A stretch of DNA of 64,000 bases from Azolla caroliniana (taxonomy: Eukaryota; Plantae; Polypodiophyta), in contig JBHGNT010000012.1 of NCBI GenBank assembly GCA_043228905.1, forward strand, positions 13,516,001 through 13,580,000, read 5' to 3'. Position numbers and translations under genes: made by a program. The notes under the pieces are model-generated. The model was not told the DNA's origin. It saw nothing but the letters and a program-made list of their open reading frames with translations, and did no database searches. Shown here piece after piece: positions 22,901-36,960 of this stretch (position 1 is its first letter; each line of letters starts with the position of its first letter).

Positions 22901-24733
22901 ATCCACCACCGTTGGTCCGGCGCTAGTGTCCATAAAGTTGGCGGAGATGCTTACCCGAGGTCTGCCTGTTATGCGATCCTCTACGGCTTGGCAGAACCGT
23001 GGAACTAGTTTAAGTAGCTTCTCCATGGTCAGTGTTATTTCGCAGCCTACCAGTGCTTGCCATATGGGATCCGGAGATATTACGTCTTCCTCCAATGGCC
23101 CAACATTGTTCGTGGACTCCTGCCGCATGCAATCTGTATATGCCACGTTTGCTTTTTCGAGCCATGCTTGGGCCGTCTGACGTATCTCATCTTGCGCGGC
23201 CCAATCAGCATTTTTCGTTTGTTGTCTTGTCGTAACTTGTTGAACATCTGCCATAATCGTATTGACAGTGGGGCCCTTGCTCTTGCGGAGTGGACATTGA
23301 GTGACATAATGTCCGGCCTATTGGCAAACAAAACAATGGACGCTGGATTCGCCTTTCTCGGCAGCTGGTGGCGTGTTCCAATCCCCAGGTCTGACTTGCT
23401 CCTCCCGGTCTTTGTTCATTCTTCTAAAAGTTCGTGGTGGTTGTTGTTGGTCCCGGCATGGCTCCTAGTGCCGGTCATCGTGCGAACTTTCATCGTAACG
23501 TTGTTGGTCTATATACTGTCGATGTTTCTCGCGAGGCCCACTGAAGCCACCACGTTTGTTCGCCGGACGGTAGTTTTCATAACGTCTTCCTCCTTTATTA
23601 TATCTGTGGTTTCCCTGGTAGTCTTCGTCCTCCGGTACTTTTTCATCGGAATCGTTGTTATTCCGGCGATTCCGGTAGTGTCGGTCATCGCGTGGATTCT
23701 GATCCGTATACCGAGGTCGTTCTTCTTGGCGCCTTTGATCATTATGGCGAGGTGGTCGCTGTGTTTCTACGCTTCGTACTATGGGCGTGGGTCTATTCAA
23801 CATATTGTACTCACACTGCTCGACCGTGTGTGCTTTCAAGTGACAGATTGGGCAGTGGATTCGCATGTTGCATTCTACTGTGGAATGTCCAGAATTGAGG
23901 CAAATTGTACACTAGATTGCCTGGCAAAAATGTCGTTCCTCGTCCTGAGGTAACACTTGTCGTAATGAGGACATAGAAAACCTTTCCCCTTCTTCGTCCA
24001 GCTCGAGCTGCAACACTCGTTCAATGACCATATCAGTTATTTCTCCTTTCACGCCGTCCGTATCAGTCGTCCGTATCGGTCGCCGTAAGGCTGCCAGAAA
24101 TGTCTCCCAAGCCTCATCCTCTATCAGGCCCCATTCTAATTTCCGTCGCAGATTTTGGAAGAGTACACTAAAGTCCGCAACAATCTCGGCTGGCAACAAT
24201 TTGATTGTATAGAACTGCCCAAGGATTTCGCGTTGCGGCACCCTCCGATGAAAGAACCGTAGAAAGGCCGACTGTAGCTGGTCAAAGGTCGTGATTGCTG
24301 GTAGATCCATCTGCGAATGCCAAAACGCAGCTCTACCATCTAGCGTTAATCCAAACTCTGTCATTTTTTACTGATGCGCTACCTCTTCTGGAAGTCTCTG
24401 CGCCATGTGATTCGCATTCCAGACATTCAGGAACAGGCGAATGTGGGTTGCGGTGTTGGTTTCGCCGTTGAAGTGGGGATAGGAGAAGGCCATGTTGGAC
24501 GCTTCTTGCGTGTCGTCAGGGTATTTGGTGAGCGGGAAGGCAATTTTGTGGTCCCGACAGATATCACTGTGGTCATTGAGGCGCGGTTTTTGCCTTATGC
24601 TTTCCTCTGCCTGGCGTGTAATGGACCTTGTGACTAGTCGGTCGTGTCGTGTTGGTTCTTTAAGACGTCTACAGCTAAACATCCATTCGTCATTGTTCGT
24701 CTGCGAGAAGACACAGATCACCAAGCGTGCCAA
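19945..24733 (-). pseudogene. Element C gag-pol (gag, zinc knuckle, PR, RT, RH, integrase core)
   Basis: CPICHLKAHTVEQC; VIDGGSSVN; WLSPIVVVPKKNG, FLDD; FVDASD, EREALG; WGLDFVGP, SDQGSHF, PQANG. Confidence 0.93.
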
Positions 24734-25205
24734 ACGTGTTACCGATTAGGAACACTGTCTACGGTCTGTCCTTCGACCTAGACCTCAAGGTGACTGCATT
24801 GCAAGGAATGGTACCGTCACACTGTAATACGTAATGGGATACTTCCCCGTATCCTAGTAGCGTATAAGGGAGACGGCTACAACCGAACTCCTTAAGAAGT
24901 GCACTTAGTATCCGCACTTACGCCTACACCTTTATGATTATAGTCTGCCACAGAGAACAAAGAACATAGTAGATAAAACCGCAAAATATGCACAGAAATC
25001 AGAAAAGTTAGTATTCTATTAGAATAACGCTCTATGCATCAAAATTACACGCTACCTCTTACAGAGGATTTCTGCCCTTTATATACCCAGGGTCTTTTAG
25101 CCGTTCACGCTTCCCGCGTGAACCGTTACATGCGTTTCTTACGGTTTTACTATATTTTAATATTCTTGCGCTTTTGTCCGTCGGTTACTATTCCGGCAGA
25201 CAACA

Positions 25206-27816
25206 CGTACTTCGCAACTCATCATGATGTATATTAACATCAATTAGGGGTCGTGGCTAAAAACCATACATCAACATAAAAGGACTATATCCCGTCGATG
25301 TATGCTTGGAGCTGTTATAAGCAAACTCCAAAATTGGGAGACAACGTTCCCATTTTGTTGGTTTTCTAAAAACATATGCTCGAAGCATGTCCTCAATAAT
25401 TTGATTTACTCATTTTGTCTGTCCATCAGATTGAGGATGATCCGTGGAGTTCATGCTCAATGTAGTTTCTAATTTCTGAAAGACTTGCATCCAGAAGTCA
25501 CTAGTAAACTTTGGATCTCAATCACTCACGATATACATCGGTAACCCGTGAAAAAGAAATAACTCAGCAACGAATTGGTAAGCCAATTCAGAAGCTATTA
25601 CAGTGGTTTTCGTAGCAATAAATCTAGCCATTTTAGTTAGTCTATCAACCACAACCCAGATGGCATCATGGCCTTTTTGGGTACGAGGAAGGCTAACAAT
25701 AAAATCCATGGATATATTTTCCCACTTATTATTAGGAATGTCCAAGGGATGTAAAAGTCCTGCGGCTTTAAGTCACTCGGCTTTGTTAACCTGACATAGG
25801 TGACATTTAGTCACATAGCTATGTATGTCAGGATGCATCTTAGGCCAATAGAATTGAGTGGAGATGAGAACAACTGTACGATGTATTCCAGGGTGCCCCG
25901 TAAAGGGTGCATCATGGCAATAAAAAAGAATTCTGTTTTTGACCTCAAGAAAATCTGGAACACAAACCTTCCCATTACGATAGAGCAAACCGTTAGCAAT
26001 GTGGAAGTATTCCTTCGAGGATGTGGTGGTGTCCATTTCAACCTCAAAAGGTTTGGAAGGATCGGGTAAAAGTAGTGAAAGAGCCTTGCACACCAAGTCC
26101 TTGAGTCCCTTAAAGGAAAGGTCTAGTGTAGCATTACAAACAATAGGTTTTAGATACTTACGCATTTGACCTTTTACAATATCAGTAAACGACATCATCA
26201 ATTGGGAGTGATTACAAAGGGATTTTCGCAAAAACCCGACAAAACCAAGGAATGATTAAACTTCTCGAATATTCCGAAGAGTGGGCCAAAGCTTGATTTT
26301 CTCGATGAGAGAAGGATCAATTTCAACTCCTCGTTCAATTATGAGATGTCCAAGATGAGTAATTGATTTCTTCAAGAACTCACATTTTGAGATCTTCGCA
26401 TAAAACTATTTGTCACGCAATGTTTGTAAAACAAAGCGGACATGTTTAGCATGTTCTTGTAATGTACGGCTATAAACTAAAATATCATCCAAGAAAATAA
26501 CGACAAATTTTCCAAGTTGTTCTCGGAAAATGTCATTCATTTCCTCTTGAAATGCAGCCGGAGCATTGGTCAAACCAAAAGGCATAACCAAAAACTCATA
26601 ATGGCCATAGCGCGTACGAAATGCCGTTTTTGGAACATCGTCCTCACTTATACGAATTTGATGGTAGCCAATACGGAGATCAAGTTTCGTAAAATACCGA
26701 GCTCCGTGGAGACGGTCAATTAGATCGTCAACCCAGGACAATGGATACAAATTCTTAATCGTCACTTTATTCAAGCGTCGGTAATTAATACACATATGCC
26801 ATGTACCCTCTTTCTTTTTAACCAAGAGAACTGGTGCACCCCATGGAGATTTACTATAACATATATAACCCGTTCATAAATAGTCCTTAAGTTGCTTAAA
26901 TACCTCATCCTCTTCGGATCGACTTAAGCAATAAGGAGGTATACTTATTGGTGCAACGCCAGGTACAATATCTATACGATGGTCTATATTACGTTTAGGA
27001 GGTAACCTATCTGATAGTTCACTCGAAAAAACATCATGAGAATCATTTAAGATTTCATCAAGTTGTTGTTGTTCAAAATATGTTAATTTAACCAAGACAT
27101 TATCGATATTGTAAAAGTGAATGTCTGGATCAAGTACACAATAAAATAGAGTAGAACAAGACAACTCAGATATTCAGATGGAGAGGAAACAATCAAGAGG
27201 GTTTAACCAAGCCATTGACAAAACAAGCTATTCACCAATTGTCCCCTTCTAGACCCGATTTTTGGATTTGGGTTCTAGCATGGTGAAAATAGTCTTCTAG
27301 CGAAGAAAATTTCCTGCTAGAGAGGTTCATTAAAGCTTGAGGTGCCTCGGTTTGAGAGGGAGGTTGTAGAAATTGGCCCTTAAAAACTGTGACAAAATCT
27401 GTCCAAGTATCGGGCAATTTCCCCAAAGTTCGGAGCCCACGCCACCAGGCGACGGCCTTACCCCCTAGTTCTCGACCGACATATGCATTCTTCGTACTAT
27501 CTGGCGTGGGATAGAGCTCAAAATGAGACTCCCATCAGCCCAGCCACATGCAGATTTCTTCTTCGGTTCTTTCCTTTTTTTCTCCCGTAAATGGCTTAAC
27601 GACAAACGATGGTTCACCCTGTCGCTCATCAAGTCTATTAGTCTCACGTGCCTCAAGAGGACTTTGAGATTGCCGAAGTTCGGTCATCTGTTGAGCGGTG
27701 AAACTAAGGCATTGGGTTATTTGTGAAAAATACATCTCAATGGACATTTGTCCAAGAGGATTTCCTTGAGTTCCTTCTGCTTGAGTGGATGACATCGGGT
27801 CGTTATTTTGATCCAT
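25206..27816 (-). pseudogene. Element B gag, RT and integrase; protease and most of RNase H deleted
   Basis: VKPFTG gag; [26 protein letters not shown]; PFEVEMD joined directly to the integrase HHCC region; ISMDFIVSLP. Confidence 0.88.
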
Positions 27817-29699
27817 TCAATGGTTATTTCTGGCAAAGAAATAGGATAAGGTCAAAAAAATAGTCATAACATCATGTCATGATGTAAACATATCATGGGC
27901 AAACATTAATCGATATCATGATCTCACGTCAATACCCCTCTAGACGTATGAGATGAGGTTCAAGATCAGGTTACTATGGTAACACAAAGGTGTTTTAAAA
28001 ACCATGGGGTTGACAAATTAATGTCTTTCCTTGATCTCTATATTGATTTTTTCATGGCAGCTCCCCGAGGCTCAACCATGTATGTTCGCATCATGAATAG
28101 TTTATACACGAAAAAAATGTTAACAATAAACTATGTTTATGTGCCCACATATGTGGTTTCGACTCTTTAAGTCCTATTACGAGGACCCCGAAGTGCACTT
28201 AGACCTCAAGTCTAAACATGTGTTATAGTCATATGTATCAACGATGTTTTATGGTCTTGGTCATATTTGAACTCGAGACCTCGAGAACAATTGCATTAAA
28301 CACTTGAGCCAACCAAGTAGGTTGCTCTTCTTGAATGTTTAATGTTTCATGCGAATAAGAGATATGCGAGGCATTTGCCTATATATGTTTTCCTAAAAGA
28401 AACATATATGTCAAGAGTCCTTATTTCCCCCTCGTTTACAACAAAATAAGTTGGTACATTACCTAACCTCAAGTCTCGTAATTACGATGGCATACGCCAA
28501 AGTGCAAGCAACCTAATGGTCAAGCCAAATGAGCCCTCTTTTCGTAGTAGGCCCACGTGGCCCATCACATGGTTACGTCATTACGAATGCCTCTCGTAAG
28601 AATGATCTCATGGTGCCATCATATCCATGTAATGAGGGAGGGATGTTGGATATGTGTGTCATAGGAGCGACCTCATATGAAGTGGGTCAAGCCCTACGTT
28701 CTCACCGTCATTGTGGCTAAGATTGTTTCATTACGTAACGAAATTGATGTCACCAATGGGGATGTCAACAATAAAAATTTACATAGAAATCGAGGTATTG
28801 ACCTCATATGCAAACGTAACATATGTTTGTGAACGTAATACGTAATTGAGGTATTAACCCCGTACGCATACGACACTAATCACATATTAAATATATGTCA
28901 AATGAGGTATTGACCTAGTGCACATATGTAAACGTTTTATATAACCAATTAATTACCACTACAACATCATTGAATTAATGAAAAAAAAAAATTACATATG
29001 ACCATATACATGATTAGAAGGGAGAAGGAAAAATAGAAAACAAAATAAGAAAGATTACTGAAGTTCCTTTGTTGATCATTGTCTGGGTCAAGGCCAACCG
29101 CACATCGATCAATCACCATCCATCAAGAAGACAAAACCAACAAAAGAAACATTTAAAGAACATGAGCTCTGAAACCAACTATTAGAGATATGAACTAATG
29201 TAAGCAAAGGATAAGGATAAAATATAGATAGAAAGGAGAGAGAGAGAGAGAGAAAGAAGGGTGCCGATCCACCCGACCACCCCCGAGCGAAGGGATCGAG
29301 ACGGACTCGAGCCTCGATCGGCGTTCCATACCACCGTCGTGGCGTCAAGTCGTACCAGGTGCTGGCATGCTCGCTACTAGAGTTGACCCACCACAAGAAC
29401 AGAGTCTCGACGTAGTCAAAAGATAATGAAATGAGGGTAGCTAGGCCTCTTATTTACAGCGATACCCAAGGCCCCCATGCAAGTTCACACTTGGCCTAAT
29501 GGGTTGTCTCAATCCCGAGGATTAAAAGTAATCCTCCCCTTCTTTACACTCTCATTTAACCCTCACACTTATCCACATGTATAGAATACTACGGTAAATT
29601 CTCACCACGGGATATTATATGGTCATGCCGTAACAGATAACCCTAGATCTGTGTAGCCCATTAGTGGTTCCATTTCCTCTAAGCAAGTTAGCAATGTGT

Positions 29700-32600
29700 T
29701 CTTAGCTCAAGTAGTGGTTCGTACTAAAAGTACTGGACCTCCAGTACATGTCTTAGCACTATTAGATTCCGGAGCCAAGTCTTGCTTCATGGATAGGAAT
29801 CTTTCTCAAGCTCATCATAAGAAAACTTTCTTGCCCAGCATCTATAGTAGTTATTGATGGTCGTCCCATTGCTTCCGGAAAAATCATAGAGGAGTTAAAG
29901 ACGATTCAAGTTGTCCTAGATAACTTGGTGTGTGTAGTATCATTTAATATAATTAGTAGTCCAGATGATCCAATTGTCTTGGGGTTACCGTGGTTCAAAT
30001 TACATAACGCAGACATAGATTGGAGAACAAGAGAAATCCGGTATCGACAAATCCGAGGATGTACTCATAAGGACACAAGGAAGCAATGTTTGTCTTCGCG
30101 GTATCAGTAAAACCTTCCAACACTACTAAAGAGGAATCCCCAGTTCAACTTCTAAAGAAGTATCGTCAGTATGCCGATGTGTTCGATAAGGTACAAGCCA
30201 ATACGCTTCCTCACCACCGACCGTATGATTGCCCCATCGATTTACAACCGGGAAAAGAGCTACCATGGGAACCAATCTACAATTTGTCACCAACCGAGCT
30301 AGAAGTCCTTCGAGCCTATATAGAGGAGAATTTGGCAAACGGTTTCATTCGACATTCGAAATCTCCAGTCAGCGCACCCGTTTTCTTCGTCAAGAAAAAG
30401 GATGGATCACTTCGTCTCGTCGTTGACTACCACGGCTTGATTAAGGTCACCATCAGGAATAGGTATGCACTTCCCCTTATCTCAAGTCTTTTAGAACAGT
30501 GTTGCCCGCCGGAATCCTAACCGACGGACAGAAGCGCAGAAGTATTATAATATAGTAAAGCATTAAGAAACGAATGTAACGGTTCACGCAGGAAGCGTGA
30601 ACGGCTAAAAACCCTGTGTATATAAAGGGCAGAAATCCTCTATAAGAGGTAGCGTGTAACTTTGAGTGCAAGACGTTTTTCTAATAGAATCCTATCTTCT
30701 CTGACCTCTGTGTATATCTGTGTCTATCTGCGTGACAATCCATTGTTACTCTACTACGTTCTGTTTAAATCGTAAGTGTATGTAATCGTAGGTGCGTGTA
30801 CTAGTGCACGTCCTAAGGAGTTCGGTTGTAGTCGTCTCCCTTAGTCGCTACTAGGATACAAGGTGGTATCCCATTACTCCTTACGCGAAGATAATTCCTT
30901 GTAACACGGTCACCTTGAGGTCTACCTCGAAGGACTAAGCGTAGACAATGTTCCTAATCGGTAACAAACAGATCAATGGTGCAAGGTTCTTCACAAAGAT
31001 CGACTTATGAGGAGCATATAACCTCGTACGGATCCGACCAAGAGATGAATGGAAGACCGCATTCCGCACCAGCTATGGGCACTTCGAGTATACAGTCATG
31101 TCATTTGGTCTCACTAATGCACCAACAGTCTTCCAACACATGGCAAATGATATATTCCGAGATCTCTTGGATGTTTGTTTGATCATCTATTTGGATGATC
31201 TACTGGTTTATTCGAAGACCCAAGAAGAGCATGATTGTTATGTATTGTTAGTACTAAAATGGCTTTGAGAACATGGTATTTATGCAAAACTAGAATAATT
31301 TAGCTTCGAGTGCAACTAGGTGGAATTTTTGGGCTATGTCATCTCCTCAGAAGGCATCTCTATAGATCTAGATAAGGTCAAAACTGTGGTAGAGTGGCAG
31401 ACTCCACGTTCGTTGCGAGATGTGCAATGCTTTTTAGGCTTTCGAATTTCTACTGCAAGTTTATACAGGATTACTCAAAGCTTATTTTGCCACTCACACA
31501 GCTTACTAAGAAGGGGGAGTCGTTTGTTTGGTCTAAAGTAGTGGACATGGCTTTTGAGAGTCTTAAGAAGGCATTTACATCAGCTCCTATTCTAGCTCAT
31601 GTTGATCCGGCAAAATCATTTATCATTGAGGCGCTTTTGAGAGTCTTAAGAAGGCATTTACATCAGCTCCTATTCTAGCTCATGTTGATCCGGCAAAACC
31701 ATTCATCATTGAGGTAGACGCGTCGGATTTCGCCTTGGGTAGCATTCTTTCACAACAAGGCGATGATGAAAAGCTACATCCTGTGGCTTTCCACTCACGC
31801 AAGTTTAACGCCGCCGAAATCAACTATGAAATTCACGATAAAGAGCTATTAGCAATAGTGGACTCTTTTACGCAATGGAGGCCTTTTCTAGAGGGATCTT
31901 CTCATCAAGTCACCATATTCAGTGATCACAAAAATCTTGCCTGCTTCTAGAATGTTCGTCTATTAAATCGACGTCAAGGTCGGTGGGCCCAATCCCTCAC
32001 TTGTTTCGACTTCAAATTTACATATCATCCTAGAAAGCAACTAGGGAAGCCAACATTCAATAACCAAAAGCTAGTAATCCTGGGACCAGTACGACTACAA
32101 GCAACACGGGTTTTCGATATGCCATTGGATTCCCACATTATCAATACCATACGTGAGGAATTGAAGACAGATGTTTTCGCTCAAGCCATTTTAGCACAAA
32201 TTGACCCGTCTCAGGCATCTTGTCCACTATTGCAACAACTAGGTACAGATTATCAACAATTCGAATGTCATGATGGATTACTATTCTTTAAGAGGCTCTT
32301 GTATGTTCCTAATGGTTCTTGTCGCCTTCAAGTAGTCCAAAATTGTCATGACACATATACAGTTGGGCCTTTTGGTAGTACTAAAACATTGGATTTAGTA
32401 CAACGATCATTCTGGTGGCCCCATATGTGCCAATTTGTCGAACATTATGTTCAGACATGTGATACATGTTGCAAAGCAAAGATGCGAGGACATCATCCAT
32501 ATGGTTTATTGGAACCATTACCAATTCCAAGCAAGCCTTGGCAATCCATTGCTCTAGATTTCATCACAGATCTTCCGATTTCTAATGGATTCGATGCGAT

Positions 32601-33600
32601 CTTAACAATAGTAGATCGATATATGAATAGGGCCCATTTCCTACCATGTACTAAGGAAATCACTAGTGAAGAAACTACTGAAACTGTCATGCGTGAGGTA
32701 TGTCGGCATCATGGTCTCCCTGATAGTATCATCAGCGACCGTGGACCTCAGTTCGTCTCGAAATTCTGGAAGCACCTCTTCAAAATGCTCAAGCTCACTT
32801 GTAACCTCTTGTGCTCTTACCATCTGCAAACAGATGGACAAGCAGAATGAACGAATCAAACGTTGGAACAGTATCTTTCGTGTTTACTAAGCTATCACCA
32901 AGATGACTGGATGGATATTCTCCACTTCGCCGAATTTGCATATAATAACTCTTTCCATTCGTTGACTAAGGTTACACCATTTTTTGCTTATATGGGCTAT
33001 TATCCTCGGTGGTGTGTATTCGAAACTCTGGAGTTACCCACAAATCCTTGTGTAGAGGATCGTTTGGAGCAACTACGCAAGATACAGGTGGATTTATCTA
33101 CTCATTTACAACAAGCTCAACAAACACACAAGGATTATGCGGATTGTCATTGGCTTCCATCCAATTTTAACACTGCAAATCGGGTATGGCTATTACGACG
33201 ACACATCAAGACTACTCGCCCATGCGATAAATTGGATTATTGGCGATTAGGTCCTTTCCGTATTATCGGAAAAATTAATGATGTCGCTTTTCGTCTCGAT
33301 CTACCATCGCAACTACGAATACATCCGGTATTTCATAGTTGTCTTCTAGAACCCTATCAAGATAGCACTATCCCAAGTCGTATCAAACCACCTCCACCCC
33401 CGATCGAACTTGAAGATGGACCTGAGTACGAGGTTGCCGCCATCCTTGATTCAAAGATTCTTCGCAACAAGCTCTACTACTTGGTCGATTGGCTAGGATA
33501 TAGTCCCAACGAGCGTACTTGGGAACCAATAGAGAATGTGTCGACTGGCTAGGATATAGTCCCAACGAGCGTACTTGGGAACCAATAGAGAATGTGACCA
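29700..33600 (+). pseudogene. Chromovirus A pol: PR, RT, RH, integrase, chromodomain
   Basis: LLDSGA; [16 protein letters not shown]; YLDD; [16 protein letters not shown]; IALDFITDLP; EYEVAAILDS..YLVDWLGY..TWEP. Confidence 0.93.
30500..30966 (+). mobile_element. Solo LTR of C family
   Basis: Reverse-complement homolog of 10572..11040; TG...CA ends; TSD AACAG; TATATAAA about 120 bp in. Confidence 0.9.
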
Positions 33601-33703
33601 ATGCTTGTGCTCTTCTTGAAGGCTTCCATCGACAATATCCAAACAAATCGGGGTTCCCAATTCAAAACGACTTGTAACACTCGTCATTTTAAAGAGAGGA
33701 TAG

Positions 33704-33970
33704 TGTTATGATATGGCAAGATTCGAACCCATCACCTTATGTTACATGGGTCGAGCCCTTACCATTAGCCTATACATTATAATACAAAAGATATTATTTT
33801 CATTTATTATTTCACTATAGAAAATTGATGTATATTCCAGATTTCTCTAGAACATTCTAGAAACTAGGAGTACTCTTGAAAACACTATATGAGGCACAAG
33901 GCTTTATTTCGAACCAAATCGGTTCAACGCCAGTTTTAAGCCTCCTAGCTATCCTTGTATATTCTTTCTA
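33704..33970 (+). repeat. 3' LTR of chromovirus A, truncated
   Basis: Follows PPT; matches 7526..7797 then similarity stops. Confidence 0.85.
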
Positions 33971-33994
33971 GGTGAAAGCATGCGAGTGGAAACA

Positions 33995-34180
33995 ATTAGC
34001 TATGTCCTTGATATAGCTAATTAGCTATGCAAAAAGTTGTAACCATTGATAAATAGTCATTTTTGCAAAAAGCTACCATCGATAAATTAGCTATGCAAAA
34101 AGCTACCATTGATAAAAAGTCATTTTTGCAAAAAGCTATCGTCGGTAAACTAGCTATGTAAAAAGCTACCATTGAAAATA
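33995..34180. repeat. Short tandem array, about 30-bp unit (AAAAGCTACCATTGATAAA...)
   Basis: About six degenerate copies visible. Confidence 0.75.
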
Positions 34181-34339
34181 GTAGAGAGTTTTAATTATAT
34201 AAATGAGAACCATAAACGTGCAACATAAATTGATATGTGCACCATAAATTATATACCAAATTCCTAGGTCCATTATGCATGATCCTTTGCCAAATCACAT
34301 GGGTCATCTCTGATTGAGTATTTTGGCTTAGATTACTAC

Positions 34340-34970
34340 CACTATTGCTAAACCCTATTGAGTCCATTCCCCCATTGCTGCCATTCTACACTCAGTTATC
34401 GACACTGTGTGGTCCAAGTATCATCTGTCACTGATCGATCCGACAGAGTTCACTCCTCCATTGTCGTCATTCTACACTAAGTTGCCACCATTGTTCACTC
34501 CAAGCATCATCTACTAAGTTCACTCCTCCATTGCCGCCACTCTACACTCAGTTGTCGTTACTGTTAAGGTCATATATTGCTGCCAGTTTTTCATCCGACG
34601 GAGTTAACTCCTTCTCCACTACCGCCATTCTACTCTCAGTTGTTGTCACTGTGCATTCCAAGAATCATCTGCCATTGTTCGATCTAACGGAGTTCACTCC
34701 TCTATTGCCATCATTCTACACTTAGTTGTCACTACTATTCGGTCCTGGATTGCTGCCACTTTTCGATTTGACGGAGTTCACTCATCCATTGCCATCATTC
34801 TACACTTAGTTGCCACTATTGTTCAGTCGTGTATTGTTGCCACTTTTCGATATCCGAGGGAGTTCACTCCTTCTCCACTGCTACCATTGTATTCTCAGTT
34901 GCCGTCACTGTGTGTTCCAAGCATCATCTGCCACTGTTCGATCTGATGGAGTTCACTCCTCCATTGCCAA
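34340..34970. repeat. Degenerate tandem array of GAGTTCACTCCTCCATTGCC..CATTCTACACT units
   Basis: Motif recurs about nine times at 70-90 bp spacing. Confidence 0.75.
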
Positions 34971-34980
34971 CGTGTCGCGC

Positions 34981-35875
34981 TTGAGGGGGAGAATAATAGG
35001 TGGAACAGTCAGAGAGGAGAACAAAGGTAATGAGCTAGAGAAAGATCTAGTCAAAGGCAAGGAAGGGGAGATCCAAAGAAGAAGCCGAATTGACTGTTGT
35101 TGGGTTCTTCCCTCCTACATTGAGGAAGAGGTCCAAATAATGAGATGTGTATGTTGTAATGGGTTCAAATTAGTATGAAAAGGGCTCAAATAAAGTTTCT
35201 ACTTATAGGTTTTTTCTTAGGGGTAATAAGGGGTTTTTTTAAAACATAACCCTTATTATTACTATTTTTGTTTTTTGAGAATACACTAAAAAGAACATGG
35301 AGCAAGAAAGGAAAGAGGGAGAAGGATAGAAGATAGATGTAGAGTAGCCAGCTACTACTCTTGCCCCGATCGATGACCAAATGACCTCCGATCGTTTCCA
35401 AAGTTTAATGACTTGTTCCTAATACTATCTTCTTCAAATCCAACAGTTGGATTATTGTTTTTTTATCTCTCTATCTTCATAGATTTTACTCTTATCAGAT
35501 TTTATGAGTTTGTGAAATTTGCCCCTCTATGTGATGATTTGTAGAGATTTGTTGATCCAAGGACTTACCTTGAAGATTGTAAAGCTTTAATTTTGAACTA
35601 GAGATGAAAACCTCTTGTACACAGTGGATTATTGTTTATTAGTGGAATTTTGGTGCCGTTGTAAACGGTCCCGTGGTTTTTCCCCACATCGGGGTTTTCC
35701 ACGTAAATCTCGTGTCTCTTTGATCTTGTTAGTGTTCAGGTGTGGAGTTTCTTGCTGAATTGCTGTCAAGATTAGTTTTGGTTTTGATTACTATTTTCTA
35801 TTTTACAACACAAGTGGGGAAAAGATTTGTTAGCTTCCATGTGGAAGAGTGTTATTGTCTTGTGCTTCCCCAACA
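34981..35875 (+). mobile_element. Copia PPT and 3' LTR remnant
   Basis: TTGAGGGGGAG PPT; GTGGTTTTT...GGGTTTTCCACGT motif shared with other Copia LTRs here; ends CCCAACA. Confidence 0.6.
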
Positions 35876-36960
35876 AAAACTACCATTAGTTCTTACAAGA
35901 TGTAGAGTATTGGTTCATACACATCAAGCAGTGCTACTTCAGAGAATCTATTTAGGTGATTTGGAGAAGAATTCCACCCTTGAAGCAAAGTCAAAAGACG
36001 TCGACAAAGAGAAGAAGAAGAAAATGCATCAACATGAATAAATAAATGGGATGCTCTCTTTGCAATGAGAAGCTTGATACAAACGACTTCATATTGTGGC
36101 AAGTATGAAATTGCACAACTCCTTGTCACACAAGGATATTGCGCCGACATTGATGATGATGACATGGTCGACATATAAGCTCCAAGAACAACTATAAGAA
36201 GCATCGATTACATCCGATGCCCACAGCGGGCTAGTTGTGTGATGTACAATCTAGCATCATGTATGCACGATCCAAGAGAGATATTCAAGAGCAAATCCAA
36301 GAGAGATATTCAATGGCAAGATGCATGTTATCTAGCATCATATATACACACGATCACATACTTGACTACATACATGATGCAAAGATACTTGAGGCAGGGG
36401 CAAATAATCCAAGCGAGATGTTCAACGGCAACATCCAAACCCGCAACCCTCAACTACATCAAGAGTTAAACAGGATTGCTTCTTTGTACCAAAGGACACC
36501 GAATTTTGGGTTAAGATGTTTAAGGTATTTGAACGGGAATGTGTTTACAATATGACTGATGTAAACAAACAAAGAGGAATGTTGTATATGGGATCCCTGG
36601 TTTTCTTCTCGGAACCTTTTGGCCAGAGTCAACCTTTTGTGACTGTCAATCAATGAGGACCTTAAACTTTTGTTGTCATCCATAAGAACCAACAAGCAAA
36701 TTTTCCATCTGTGAATGTGATTCAGTTTCCTTGATGTGTAACAGGGTTGATGGCCCAAGCAACTACTAGTATTCTCAGCACACCTTTCACATCATCACAG
36801 GTATTTGGAGCTATCAAAAGAGGGAATAACATCCCACATATTATTTTAGGGCATCATTTTTCGCTTCGTCATGTATTTGCATCTTTTTCAGAATGCTCCA
36901 TTCCCGACAAAAATACAAAATGAATAAATACTCCCCACTTGTATCAAACCACACACCTGA

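Larger units (their letters stand above)
10572..25205 (-). mobile_element. Athila-like (non-chromovirus) Ty3/Gypsy element C with extra 3' ORF
   Basis: LTRs 10572..11040 and 24737..25205; perfect TSD CGTAC; PBS TGGCACGCTTGG 24721..24732; gag-pol on minus strand. Confidence 0.92.
9550..29635 (-). mobile_element. Chromovirus B (Ty3/Gypsy, tRNA-Met-type PBS), internally deleted
   Basis: LTRs 9550..9997 and 29180..29635; TSD GACAA/GATAA; PBS TGGTTTCAGAGC; PPT about 9998..10017; long 5' leader 27830..29170. Confidence 0.9.
7526..33970 (+). mobile_element. Chromovirus A (Ty3/Gypsy, Tcn1/Tf1-like), host of the left nest
   Basis: Matching LTRs at 7526 and 33704; gag 8030..9500; PR (LLDSGA) about 29760; RT, RH, INT and chromodomain 30086..33600; PPT 33691..33703. 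Confidence 0.9.

Noticed and set aside
23057-23953. 298-aa hydrophobic plus-strand ORF resembling a membrane or env protein
   Set aside because: Antisense shadow of the R/D/N/E-rich gag region of element C; hydrophobicity follows from complementary codons
35876-36560. Short ORFs possibly from a decayed gag or gene
   Set aside because: No recognisable motif; cannot be supported
36400-36960. Frameshifted or spliced DYW domain downstream of the PPR ORF
   Set aside because: No PG box, HxE or CxxC motif seen in the minus-strand sequence I could read
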